IMG/VR virus record: IMGVR_UViG_3300012920_000002
Location: 1-50,903 of that record
Origin: a virus
Lineage: Duplodnaviria; Caudoviricetes
Length of the DNA stretch: 50,903 nt
Strand: one strand, 5' to 3'
Shown: positions 9,439 through 18,599 of the stretch, one piece after another
How positions within the stretch are numbered: the first letter of the stretch is position 1
Layout: each line of letters starts with the position of its first letter
Translations under genes and position numbers: made by a program
Notes under the pieces: model-generated
The model's database searches: none
What the model saw: the letters and a program-made list of their open reading frames with translations, nothing else
What the model was told of the DNA's origin: nothing

Positions 9439-10529
9439 GCTGCGGTCCAGCTGTGCGAGAGGGTCAGCTCGATGGCAGTGATCGCCTCGGCGCGGTGGGG
9501 GTGGTCGTGATCTCCGCGGGCCACGGCGAGCAGCACGTCGAGGGCGTTCCGGTCGATGGCGATGTCGCCCCGGCTGGGGAGGCCCCAGAACGGCCCGGGG
9601 GTGGCTGGCTCGGTGGTGGAGGTGGCGGAGGTCGGGGTTGGCACGGTCCGGCGGAATTCCGCCGGACCGTCGTCGGTGCGATCGGGGGGCGCGGTCTGGG
9701 TGAGATCTGCCGGGTCGTCGACGTCGGGCTCGGGAGCGAGGGTGCGGCGCTCTTCGAGGGCCTCTCGTGCTGCCCGGCGTGCGTCGATGGGGGTGGCGGC
9801 GGCCTGGGCGGCCTGGAGGACGGCCCGCTGATCGGCTTCTGGGAGGCGGGTGGTCTGGACCGCCGTGTCCGTGCTCATCAGGCTGTCGCGGTGGGCATCA
9901 GCGAGCCCGTCGACGCCGTGCCGGAGGATCCGCACCGTGTCCTGCACCCCTGACGGCGAGGTCTGGAACTCTGCGGCGACAACATCCCGGGCCCGGCCGG
10001 CAGGTGGGGTGCTGGTGTCGGCGTCGGTGCCGGGTGTGGGGAGGGCATCGCCGGCCCGCTTCCGGTTGGTCTCGGCGGCGGCGGCCTGGCGGCGGCTGGT
10101 GGCGTAGCCGAGGTCCTGCAGCTCCTCGTAGTACACAGCGGCGGCGTGCTTGCGCTGGTTGGCGGTCAGGTGCCGGCGGCTGAGGTTCTTCGCCTTCACC
10201 CAGCGGAGGGGGTGGATGCCCTGCTTGGCGACCTCTCTGAACCAGATGAAGCGGAGGTACTTGTCGGGGTTGCGGGTGGCGTGGCAGGCCAGCCAGCGGT
10301 TCTGGCCATCGAGGAGACGGACCTTCCAGTCGCCGTCGTGCAGCTCAGCGAGCAGGGTCAGGGGCTCCTGCAGGCCGTTGGCCTCGATGCCTTCCTTGAG
10401 CTCGCGCAGGGGCTTCCCTTCCAGCTGGGGGAAGATCTTGCAGTAGCGGTGGAGCTTCAGGTTGCCGGGGATGGGTGGGGGCCAGGTCAGGCCAGCGGCC
10501 CGCTCGGCGGGGGTCAGGGGTGTGGTCAC
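9435..10529 (-). CDS. ParB/Srx N-terminal-domain protein with HTH
   Basis: LKEGIEANGLQEPL, LLDGQNRWLAC, KNLSRRHLTANQR and GRARDVVAAEFQTS motifs. Confidence 0.8.
   Translation of the reverse strand: MTTPLTPAERAAGLTWPPPIPGNLKLHRYCKIFPQLEGKPLRELKEGIEANGLQEPLTLLAELHDGDWKVRLLDGQNRWLACHATRNPDKYLRFIWFREVAKQGIHPLRWVKAKNLSRRHLTANQRKHAAAVYYEELQDLGYATSRRQAAAAETNRKRAGDALPTPGTDADTSTPPAGRARDVVAAEFQTSPSGVQDTVRILRHGVDGLADAHRDSLMSTDTAVQTTRLPEADQRAVLQAAQAAATPIDARRAAREALEERRTLAPEPDVDDPADLTQTAPPDRTDDGPAEFRRTVPTPTSATSTTEPATPGPFWGLPSRGDIAIDRNALDVLLAVARGDHDHPHRAEAITAIELTLSHSWTAA
9642..9671. repeat. 30-bp palindromic element, type A
   Basis: CACGGTCCGG CGGAATTCCG CCGGACCGTC, in frame in the C-terminal low-complexity linker of the ParB-like protein. 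Confidence 0.96.
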
Positions 10530-11368
10530 GGGTTCACCTCAAGGCCGGGCGCCGCGCCGGAGGCGCGTGCAACGGGTGCGGCTTGTACAGGGGCCGCAGG
10601 GTGGTGGGGATGACCGGAGACGAGCGCCCAGGGGTCGGTGGGGGCGGTGTTGGCGGCGGCATCCCAGGAGATCAGCGCTGCGTCGGAGAAGAGCGCGCTG
10701 AGGAGGTGCTGGAGCGGATCCGGGGTCGGGGCAGCGGACCAGCAGGGAGAGGGGTCGTCGTTGAGGGAGAAGGGAGGGTGGGACGGGAGGGGAGGCGTGG
10801 GGAGAGAAGTACTATGTGAGCATCCCTCTCCCGCGTTGTAGCGTCTGCAGATTTCAAGGCGGGCTTTCCTGATTTCTGACAGATCGACGTTTTCGAGGGG
10901 CAGGAGGTGCATCTGAACGGTCCGCGGCGTGTGCCGATCTCCCCGGTCGACCACGTGGAGGTGCCCCCGCTCCTCCAGCTCCAGGACGATGCGATCTGCG
11001 GTCCGGCGGTCGACTCCCCAGCGCAGCGCCCCGTAGCGGCCTGCCCACAGAAACGAGCCGCCCTTCTCCCGGGCATGACGCCAGAACAGGTCGCAGACGG
11101 CGGCGATCTTCCAGGGCATGCGGAACAGGCGCCGGGCCAGGCGCAGCACCACCGGCGCCGCCCGCCGCACCGCATGGTGCAGGCTGCCGGCGAGCCCAGA
11201 GAGACCTGCCAGGAGGGCGGGGGCGGTGGTCGAGGGGCGGGCTGGGACGGTCCGGCGGAATTCCGCCGGACCGTCGTCTGCACATCCCATGGGGGTGCCG
11301 AGCTGGGCGCGGCGCTGGGCGTGCCGGCACCGGAGGGTCTCGTGAAGGCTGGCGAGGGTGCGGATCAT
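10526..11368 (-). CDS. Winged-HTH protein, possible replication initiator
   Basis: ALRWGVDRRTADRIVLELEERGHL HTH; located between primase and the ParB-like gene; start uncertain. Confidence 0.55.
   Translation of the reverse strand: MIRTLASLHETLRCRHAQRRAQLGTPMGCADDGPAEFRRTVPARPSTTAPALLAGLSGLAGSLHHAVRRAAPVVLRLARRLFRMPWKIAAVCDLFWRHAREKGGSFLWAGRYGALRWGVDRRTADRIVLELEERGHLHVVDRGDRHTPRTVQMHLLPLENVDLSEIRKARLEICRRYNAGEGCSHSTSLPTPPLPSHPPFSLNDDPSPCWSAAPTPDPLQHLLSALFSDAALISWDAAANTAPTDPWALVSGHPHHPAAPVQAAPVARASGAAPGLEVNP
11246..11275. repeat. 30-bp palindromic element, type A (perfect)
   Basis: GACGGTCCGGCGGAATTCCGCCGGACCGTC. Confidence 0.97.
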
Positions 11369-12525
11369 GCGGCCCGCCTCCGGTACGCACAGCCGTCCTC
11401 GGGGAGGGCGGAGAGCCGGCCAGCCTGGAGGAGGTCGTTGTCGTCGGGCTGGTCCTCACCGAGGAGCCGGTAGACGGAGACGAAGCGGTTGAGGGTGCGC
11501 TCGATGCGGTCGGCGTACCGCTGGCCGGCGTACTTGCTGGCGGGCCCGTCGCGGTGTCCCCGGAGCAGGATGACGGAGTCCGACGGGATGAGCGCGCCCA
11601 CCTCCTCGGTCCAGGATCCGTTCCAGTAGCCCAGGCAGCCCCACGCCTCGCCCCGGGTGTTCCGGCCCGGGTTGCGGCAGGCCCAGGTCAGCCAGTCCGG
11701 CCCGCCCTCGCTGAGGATGAAGTGGCCGGGCTTCTCGCCCTTGAGCATCTCCCGGGCCGTCGGACAGGCGTAGAAGAGCTTGCTGGCGCTGCCGTAGCCG
11801 CAGGCGGCGGAGGCGATCTTGCTGCCGGGGGCGATGTCGGCGCGGATGTTCCGGGCCCGGACGGTCCACGTCCACTTCCCCGGGCGTCCCGGTCCCCAGG
11901 CCGGCAGGATGAGCCGGTGTCCCGACCAGCGCCAGCGAACACCCATGAACGATGCCCACGGCGGGCAGGGCATGCCCTCTGGGAGTGCACGGGCCAGATC
12001 GCGGGCGGCCACCTGGTGGGGGCTGAGTCCCCTGCCCTTCAGCCAGCCCGAGACCTCGGCGTCCTCGGTGACCGGGATGCAGCTGGCCCAGAAGGCGAGC
12101 AGCTCATCGACCGGGGGGCGGGCGTTGGGGTAGCGGGACGGTCCGGCGGAATTCCGCCGGACCGTCGTCGGCTGCCGTCGGGGGCGTACTGCCGGACGCT
12201 CGCCGGTGTAGATCGCCGCGAAGTCGTGCCAGCCCTCCTTGTCGCCCTTCGCTGGGGCGGGCTTGCCCATGAGGTTCCAGGAGACGAGGTCGAGCTTGTG
12301 GCCACCCTCACCGCAGCGCCAGCACTTCCAGGTGAAGTCGTTGAAGATCGCCGGCCCCTTCGTGCGGTCCTTGCTGCTGCGGTTCTCCTCCCCACAGGCC
12401 GGGCAGGGCCACAGCCGGTTTCCCCGGCGCTCATGGCCGTAGCGGTCCAGCAGCTCCTGCATCGGGGTGTTCCGCAGCGCGTCGAGCCAGCGCCAGCTGT
12501 CCCTCCAGTCCCGGGGCGCGTTCAT
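11365..12525 (-). CDS. DNA primase (Zn-finger plus TOPRIM-like domain)
   Basis: CPACG...WKCWRCG Zn finger; WLKGRGL; LSEGGPDW and HRD/DDND acidic motifs. Confidence 0.75.
   Translation of the reverse strand: MNAPRDWRDSWRWLDALRNTPMQELLDRYGHERRGNRLWPCPACGEENRSSKDRTKGPAIFNDFTWKCWRCGEGGHKLDLVSWNLMGKPAPAKGDKEGWHDFAAIYTGERPAVRPRRQPTTVRRNSAGPSRYPNARPPVDELLAFWASCIPVTEDAEVSGWLKGRGLSPHQVAARDLARALPEGMPCPPWASFMGVRWRWSGHRLILPAWGPGRPGKWTWTVRARNIRADIAPGSKIASAACGYGSASKLFYACPTAREMLKGEKPGHFILSEGGPDWLTWACRNPGRNTRGEAWGCLGYWNGSWTEEVGALIPSDSVILLRGHRDGPASKYAGQRYADRIERTLNRFVSVYRLLGEDQPDDNDLLQAGRLSALPEDGCAYRRRAA
12137..12166. repeat. 30-bp palindromic element, type A (perfect)
   Basis: In frame (TTVRRNSAGPS) in the linker between the primase Zn finger and the catalytic region. 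Confidence 0.97.
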
Positions 12526-14525
12526 CGGTCTGCTCCCTCGGTGGCGGCAAGGGAGGCGCGGACGGTGCGCAGATAGGCGGCATCCTCGGTCGAGCGCGCG
12601 GCGCGTGTGGTGAGCCGGCGCATCCCCTCGGCGAGCACCATCCCGGCGAGGCGGGCATCGGCCAGGGCGCGGTGCAGCGGCGCCGGAGCCTCCAGCCCCC
12701 ACCGCTCAGCCACCTTCGACAGCCCGCCCTTCTGCGGATCGAGGCGCTTGACGAGGGCGCGGATGTCGGTGCCCCAGGTCGGATCGACGGCGTGCTTGTA
12801 GAGCATGCGCCGGTCAAAGGGAACGTTGAACGCAGTGCAGGCCGGATAGCCCCAGCTCTTCATCCACGCCCGGAACTCCGCTGCGACCCGCGCCACTGGT
12901 CGGGCCTGTCGGATCTCGGCCGCCTTGATGCCGTTGATGCGCAGCGCGTTCCGGGCCTCGTTGGTCTGGAGACTGCCGAGGGGGCGGGCGAGCGACTCGA
13001 AGTGGTCGATCTCGTTGCCCCACCGATCCAGCACCACCGCGCCGATCTCGACGACTTCCGCGCGGCCGCTCATGCCGGTGGTCTCCACGTCGACCACAAC
13101 GACGGAGGTGGTGAAGAGCATCGGCGCGGCTGGCGCTGGGGGTGGCTCTGGCAGGGCGGGGGCCGTGACCACCTCGCCGCGGTCTCCGGCACGGTGCAGG
13201 TCGATGCCGACCAGCCCATACCGCACCGGCGCATCCGGCTGATCGGAGGGCCAGCGGAACACCACCAGCTCGGGCGCGGCCGGTGGGGCCATGCGGCCCT
13301 GTTCGCGGGCCCGCTGGTGCAGCCAGCCCTTCCAGCCCCGCTTCCCGGTGGGGGTCAGGGTGCGCTCCGCCCACTCCCGCCACGCCCGCATCCGCAGCGC
13401 GCGTCGGGTGGCCTCATCCGAGCCGCTGGCGTCCTCGACCGGGGCGAACGGGTTCAGGGGGCGGGTGTCGAGGTAGTTGTTGTCCGCCCACACGGCAAGC
13501 CGCCGGTGCAGCTGCTGTCGCTGGTGGGGGGCGAGGTGATGCTCGACCTCGGCATAGAACCGCCAGCGGGCATCGCCGGCCTGGTTGCGCAGCCCGCGCT
13601 GCGTCTCTCGCACCGCCCGGTGAGCGACTGCGCCCAGCTCGGCACGCCACAGTCCCTGCAGCGTGGTGCCGGCGGGGATGACCGCGCCATCGTGGTAGCG
13701 CAGATCGTCCAGCACCCGCCAGACGCCCGGATCGCCCGCTCCCCGGCCGGTGCTGCCTGTGTCGGGGGCGGGGTGGTAGCCCGCGCGGGCCAGCCAGCGC
13801 CGGGGCTGCTGGTCGGTCCAGGCCAGCCGGAGGGCATGCTGGGCGATGATCGCCAGCGCCGGCAGGGTTCGCGCCTGGGGGAGCAGGTAGGCGACATGCG
13901 CGCGGCGCTGGGCGTCCTCGCCGGCGTCCGGGCCGTCTCCCCGGCGCCACACCGCACAGAGCTGCGGCAGCACGGCGAGCAGCCCGCGACCATTGCGGAT
14001 GAGGCCCTCGACCCCCGACCAGGAGGCCTGCAGGGCGTGCCGCTCATCGAGTGCATCGGCCGCAGCCTGCCGGGACTTCGATGCGCTCTCGTCGCGGAGT
14101 TTGGCCTGTTGTTGCTCTCGCTGAATGGCGGCCTGCGCAGCACTGTCCAGACCACCCGCCCCGGCGCGCTCTCGGATCTCAAGGGCCCGCTCCCGGTGCT
14201 GGCGCGCGACGTCCTCTTCCTGAGCAGCGGTTGCACGCGCCTCCCGCTCGGCGGTCTCCAGGTCGGCGAGCTGGGCGCGGGGCTCTCGGGCTATCTCCTG
14301 TGCAGCCTCACGCAGGGTGACGATGATGAGCTTGATGTCCGCGTCCGAGAAGGTCCGGCGGAACACCTCGTCAGGAGCCGGGGTGCTGTCCGCGCGCTCC
14401 ACCACATCGACCGTGACCTGGTCCGCGATGCGGAGCTGGGCGACCTGCTGGGCGCGGGGCTGGCGCAGGGTGGGGGTGGGCCGGCTGTGACGGACCGGGG
14501 CGATGAGCTTGAAGGCTTCCGACAT
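12522..14525 (-). CDS. Large protein with C-terminal DEDDh 3'-5' exonuclease (DnaQ-like)
   Basis: VVDVETTG, AFNVPFDRRML and HRALADA motifs in the last ~200 aa; coiled-coil N-terminus. Confidence 0.8.
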   Translation of the reverse strand: MSEAFKLIAPVRHSRPTPTLRQPRAQQVAQLRIADQVTVDVVERADSTPAPDEVFRRTFSDADIKLIIVTLREAAQEIAREPRAQLADLETAEREARATAAQEEDVARQHRERALEIRERAGAGGLDSAAQAAIQREQQQAKLRDESASKSRQAAADALDERHALQASWSGVEGLIRNGRGLLAVLPQLCAVWRRGDGPDAGEDAQRRAHVAYLLPQARTLPALAIIAQHALRLAWTDQQPRRWLARAGYHPAPDTGSTGRGAGDPGVWRVLDDLRYHDGAVIPAGTTLQGLWRAELGAVAHRAVRETQRGLRNQAGDARWRFYAEVEHHLAPHQRQQLHRRLAVWADNNYLDTRPLNPFAPVEDASGSDEATRRALRMRAWREWAERTLTPTGKRGWKGWLHQRAREQGRMAPPAAPELVVFRWPSDQPDAPVRYGLVGIDLHRAGDRGEVVTAPALPEPPPAPAAPMLFTTSVVVVDVETTGMSGRAEVVEIGAVVLDRWGNEIDHFESLARPLGSLQTNEARNALRINGIKAAEIRQARPVARVAAEFRAWMKSWGYPACTAFNVPFDRRMLYKHAVDPTWGTDIRALVKRLDPQKGGLSKVAERWGLEAPAPLHRALADARLAGMVLAEGMRRLTTRAARSTEDAAYLRTVRASLAATEGADR

Positions 14526-14971
14526 CAGGCACCCCCGACCGACGCGGCGGTGACCTCAAGGAGCCAGAGGCCGGCATCGCTGGGGTAGACCTCAGCGGGT
14601 GTGCTGATGCTTCCCCAGGAATGGAGACGCTTGAGTGCGCGGTTGAAGCCACCGTCCGTGGCGTAGACCATCAGTGCGTCCGCCAAATCCTGCTTGGTGT
14701 GTGGGCACTTTTTGAGCGTGAGAAAGATGCGGTGCTCGGTGTCGTTCTCCAGGCTGGGGCTCGGCTTCGCCCATGGGTGCAGCCGGTAGAGGCGAGGCTG
14801 GAGGAGTCCCCGCCGACTGAGCTGGTGCAGCGCCGCTGCGGCCTTCTTCTTGTCCAGCTTGAGGTCGTGGGCGAGCTGGGCGGCGGTGCGCTCTCCGGGC
14901 TCCTCGGCGACTGCGGCCAGCAGCTTGCGGGAGAGTGGAGTGATCGCAGGGATGCGCGCAGGGGCGTTCAT
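14525..14971 (-). CDS. Tandem winged-HTH protein
   Basis: TAAQLAHDLKLDKKKAAAALHQLSRRGLL and TKQDLADAL...LKRLHSWG. Confidence 0.65.
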   Translation of the reverse strand: MNAPARIPAITPLSRKLLAAVAEEPGERTAAQLAHDLKLDKKKAAAALHQLSRRGLLQPRLYRLHPWAKPSPSLENDTEHRIFLTLKKCPHTKQDLADALMVYATDGGFNRALKRLHSWGSISTPAEVYPSDAGLWLLEVTAASVGGA

Positions 14972-16395
14972 GCCGTCTCCGGGGTCCAGGAGGTCAGGAG
15001 CAGCTCCGGGGCGGGCTGCCGGTTGTCGCCGTCGCAGCTCATGCCGCCGGAGCGGGTCAGCGCGGTGGCGTGCCAGTCGTCGCCGTAGATCTCGCGGGTC
15101 AGCGGTCCGTTGGAGCCGGAGATCATCACCAGGGCACCGCGCTGCCGGGCCGCCCGCAGCCCATCCACCAGCACACGGTGGTCAGCAGGCCCGAACCCCG
15201 CTGCGGTGTAGGCCGTGAAGGTGTCCATCCCCTCCAGCAGCGGCAGGTAGGGCGGATCGGCGTAGACGAGATCGCCGGCCTGGGCCTCGAGGAGCGTCGT
15301 GGTGAAGTCGACCGGGGACAGCGAGGCACCCCGCAGTGCGCGGTGGTTCCGCATCAGCAGCGCCTGGCGCTCGGGGTTCAGGACATGCGTACTGGTCCGG
15401 TCCTTCGCCAGCGGCCCGTTGAACCGGCCCTTCTTGTTGACCCGGTAGAGCCCCTGGAAGCAGACGCTGTTCAGGTAGAGGAACCGTGCGGCCTGCTCGC
15501 GCAGCTCGCGACCGGTCATCTCCAGCGGAGAGAAGGGCAGCCGGTCGTTGAAGTTCCGCCGGATCTCCTCGTAGTGCTCGGGGCCGTGGAGCCGGGCATG
15601 CTGATCGAGGTTCGCCAGCAGGTTCTGGGGCGTGCTCTGCAACACCCGCCAGCTGTTGATCAGGGCGTGGCTGGCATCGGCCAGGATGGCGCGGGGCTCG
15701 CCGGTGAGCCGGCCGGCCTCGTGCAGGGCGAAGAAGAAGGCGCCGCCACCAAGGAAGGGAATGATGAGCCGACCCCGCCAGCCCACCGGCAGCAGCCGCA
15801 GCATCGTCGGCACGAGCTGCCGCTTCCCACCCGCCCATCGGAGGTGCGGACCACACGCCAGGGCGCGCTGGGACGGTCCGGCGGAATTCCGCCGGACCGT
15901 TGTCTGCGCCTCTCCGGTGGACGGTCCGGCGGAATTCCGCCGGACCGTCGTCGGGGGCACATCGAGCTGCCAGAGCCGAACGTGAACGCCGGGCAGCTCG
16001 CCGGAGGCGGCGTACCACTTCTCCACGTGGACCGAGGCGATCTCACAGTCGTCGTAGATGATGAGCCCGCTCTCGCCGGGCCCGCCACCGTCGAAGGCGT
16101 CCTCGATGCTCTTGAGGACGTTGTCGGCGTCCGGCTTGACCAGGTGCCGCACCCGGCCGCCCTCGCCGAGATGCTTGGGACGGGGGAACAGGAGCAGACA
16201 GTCGAGCCGCAGCGCGGTGCCCTTGGGCAGGGGGATGGCGAGGCCCTGCTCGCGGGCCGCTGCCTTGAGGATGTGCTGTGCACGAGCCTTCCAGGCCTGG
16301 GTGGCCTTCGGCGTGAAGCGGCCGTTTCGGGTGACTCGGACGCGCTGCTTCGTCTGCGGCTTCTCCGGGATGAACGCGCTGAGGAGATGCCTCAC
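14968..16395 (-). CDS. RusA-like Holliday-junction resolvase fused to a Dam-family (D12 class) DNA adenine methyltransferase
   Basis: N-terminal KPDADNVLKSIEDA...DDCEI (RusA); C-terminal RWAGGKRQL, PFLGGGA, RFLYLN, YADPPY; no stop between the domains. Confidence 0.85.
   Translation of the reverse strand: MRHLLSAFIPEKPQTKQRVRVTRNGRFTPKATQAWKARAQHILKAAAREQGLAIPLPKGTALRLDCLLLFPRPKHLGEGGRVRHLVKPDADNVLKSIEDAFDGGGPGESGLIIYDDCEIASVHVEKWYAASGELPGVHVRLWQLDVPPTTVRRNSAGPSTGEAQTTVRRNSAGPSQRALACGPHLRWAGGKRQLVPTMLRLLPVGWRGRLIIPFLGGGAFFFALHEAGRLTGEPRAILADASHALINSWRVLQSTPQNLLANLDQHARLHGPEHYEEIRRNFNDRLPFSPLEMTGRELREQAARFLYLNSVCFQGLYRVNKKGRFNGPLAKDRTSTHVLNPERQALLMRNHRALRGASLSPVDFTTTLLEAQAGDLVYADPPYLPLLEGMDTFTAYTAAGFGPADHRVLVDGLRAARQRGALVMISGSNGPLTREIYGDDWHATALTRSGGMSCDGDNRQPAPELLLTSWTPETA
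15872..15901. repeat. 30-bp palindromic element, type A
   Basis: First of two tandem copies (48-bp period) in the RusA-Dam linker. Confidence 0.96.
15920..15949. repeat. 30-bp palindromic element, type A (perfect)
   Basis: Second tandem copy in the RusA-Dam linker. Confidence 0.97.
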
Positions 16396-16645
16396 AGGAC
16401 ACCCCCAGCCGGCCCGGTGCCGCGACGAGAGAAAGAGCGGCCGACGCCGGGGCGGTACACCGTGCACCTGGGGGTTCTCACTCCCCCGAGACGCTGGACA
16501 CCCTCCGTGATCACAGCGCCAGAAATGAGCCCAGCGCCGGCCGCAAACGAAAGAGGAAGAGCCCCACCCGGCACCGTGGAATTGGAAACATCACCAGCAA
16601 CGAATTCGCCGGAATGGGATGAGAGCCGGGCAGGGCAAAAACGCA

Positions 16646-17026
16646 TCACGCCGCCTCAGCGAGCACAACATCGGCGTGCTCAGCACGGGCCGCGCGGGCG
16701 GAGGCCAGATCGACTACCTCACCCCAGACCTCGGGCAGGACCTCCTGGCGGGCCTGGTGCCGAAACACCTCGCCGGGGTCCACACCCCAGCGGCGGGCGA
16801 CCTCGACCAGCAGGATCCGCCGCTCGGTGCGGGGCAGGTGCTGCTGGAGTGCCTCCAGCATCCCGGCCCCAGCGGGCCGCTCTCCGCGCAGGGTCATGCA
16901 GAGCTTGGAGCGGCTGCACCCAATCGCCGCGGCGAATGCATCCCGGGAGCTGAACCGATCCAGGGCCCAGACAATGAGGTCCATCTCTTCAGCGGCGGTG
17001 GTCAGTTCCAGTCTTGGTCGGGGCAT
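16646..17026 (-). CDS. HTH regulator (CII-like position)
   Basis: SRDAFAAAIGCSRSKLCMTLRGER, XRE-like HTH; GAGG RBS. Confidence 0.65.
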   Translation of the reverse strand: MPRPRLELTTAAEEMDLIVWALDRFSSRDAFAAAIGCSRSKLCMTLRGERPAGAGMLEALQQHLPRTERRILLVEVARRWGVDPGEVFRHQARQEVLPEVWGEVVDLASARAARAEHADVVLAEAA

Positions 17027-17272
17027 CGTGACCTCACGGGAGGGGCTGGCACAAAAAGGAGCGGGTAGAACGGTAGAAACCAGCGCAGAAAGGAGGAACG
17101 CAGATGCGTCCCCCATGACTCAGGCGACCGCCACGTCCCCAGGGACAGGCAGTCTCAACGAGGGCGAGTTCAAACCACCCACGTGGTAAATCTGAAATCC
17201 CCGGCTCCCACCGCCGCCAGCCGGGGAAAAAAGCGCCAGAAACACCCGGCGGCGAACAGTGGGAGCAGGGAG

Positions 17273-18217
17273 ATGATCGGATTGTTGTTGGCGGCTACGA
17301 GCTGGGCTACGGACCGGAGCGGAGCTTCGTTTGATCTCCTCGCCCCCAGCGAAGTCGCTGCGGTGGTGCGTCTGGAGCCGCTGAGCATCGCTGTTCCGCC
17401 AGAAGGGGTTGAAATCTCCTGGCCAGCCCTCTCGGGCTACGTCAATCTCGTGCTGGAGAACCAGGGCAGCGCGGTGGTGGCTGTGGACTGGAACCAGTCG
17501 GCCTTTGTCGGCTCGGATGGGCGAAGCGTCGGCATCGTTCCCGGCTCCACAAAGAAGGGCGACGTCACCAGCATCTTGCCCCCCTCCATCGTTCCACCCA
17601 TGGCGAAGCTGGAGGAGGCGCTCGTGCGAGAAGATGCGGTCGACTACAGCAGCCCCACAGAGCCCCTTGTCGTGGTCGGAGACCTGGAGCGGGAGGTCGG
17701 CGTGACGCTGGCCCTGGCTGTGAACGGCGAGGCGCTCTATGTCACCGAGCGCTTTCGGGTCACCGCAGGCTATGACGTGCTGCGCAAGCTGCAGGCTGAG
17801 CGAGAAGAGGAACTCTCCGCCTGGGAGGCACAACGGGCAGAGGCCGAGTCGGCGTGCGAGGCCGCCAAGCAGAAGAGCGCCTCGACCCTGAACGTCCACG
17901 GCCCACTGCAGTACGAACTGCAACAGCGGGGAACGGGGTGGCTGGTTGCAGGGCTGGGGGGAGCCGGCCTGGGCGGCGTGATGGTGCTGGCGTCGTTGCC
18001 ATACGAGGGCAATGACTTTTACCCTGGGGTCGCCGGAGCGGGGGTAGCCGTCGCGGCCGCCAGCATTCCTGCAGTGGTGAGGGGCAGCCGAAAGGTCAAG
18101 GAGGCTCGGGCCCTCAATTACGAACTCATGGCCGTCCAGGGTGAGGTCACCCGAGCGTGCAGCAACATGCCCAAAGAGCCGGCCTGGTTGGCGTCCCTCC
18201 AGCGTGGTGCGGAATGA
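17273..18217 (+). CDS. Secreted/membrane accessory protein (moron)
   Basis: Signal-peptide-like MIGLLLAATSWA, coiled coil, two C-terminal TM helices; opposite strand to both neighbours. Confidence 0.65.
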   Translation: MIGLLLAATSWATDRSGASFDLLAPSEVAAVVRLEPLSIAVPPEGVEISWPALSGYVNLVLENQGSAVVAVDWNQSAFVGSDGRSVGIVPGSTKKGDVTSILPPSIVPPMAKLEEALVREDAVDYSSPTEPLVVVGDLEREVGVTLALAVNGEALYVTERFRVTAGYDVLRKLQAEREEELSAWEAQRAEAESACEAAKQKSASTLNVHGPLQYELQQRGTGWLVAGLGGAGLGGVMVLASLPYEGNDFYPGVAGAGVAVAAASIPAVVRGSRKVKEARALNYELMAVQGEVTRACSNMPKEPAWLASLQRGAE

Positions 18218-18222
18218 CACGG

Positions 18223-18489
18223 TCAAGCCGCCTCACCAGAGCGCTCCAGCCGAGTATCTTCGGCGAGCTTCTGGGCGAGGAGGATCAACTCCTCGCGTTC
18301 TTCGTCGGTGAGATCAAGAGCCCGGGCAATGGCGCGACAGTAGGAGATCGCGGTCGGCTTCTGATCGCGCTCCCAGTATCCGGCAAGGGCGAACGAGACG
18401 CCAACGCGGTCAGCGAAGGCCTGGAGACTCCAGCCGAGCGCCTGCCGCCGTGCCCGGATGAACTCGCCGGGGGTTTCATAGGAGGTCAT
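18223..18489 (-). CDS. Cro-like XRE HTH regulator
   Basis: IRARRQALGWSLQAFADRVGVSFALAGYWERD; divergent from the CI-like gene. Confidence 0.8.
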   Translation of the reverse strand: MTSYETPGEFIRARRQALGWSLQAFADRVGVSFALAGYWERDQKPTAISYCRAIARALDLTDEEREELILLAQKLAEDTRLERSGEAA

Positions 18490-18501
18490 GTTCAGTCCCT
18501 C

Positions 18502-18579
18502 ATGCATGAATCGTGCATGACAGGTACTTACCAATGATGCATGAATCGTGCAAGGAGATAGAGTTGCACGTCTCGAACA
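18502..18579. promoter_or_regulatory. OR-like operator cluster (TGCAY-N5-GTGCA)
   Basis: ATGCATGAATCGTGCA exactly repeated at 18502 and 18537; degenerate TGCACGTCTCGAACA at 18565; lies between divergent HTH genes. Confidence 0.75.
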
Positions 18580-18599
18580 AGGCGGGCGAAGCTCCGGCC

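Noticed and set aside
11246-11275. Perfect palindrome as a protelomerase (hairpin telomere) site
   Set aside because: There are many copies rather than one, no protelomerase is recognisable, and the phage has an integrase with attP.
15872-15949. Two palindromic repeats with a spacer as a mini-CRISPR array
   Set aside because: The spacer is only 18 bp, the pair is in frame within a gene, other copies are dispersed singly, and no cas genes or leader are present.
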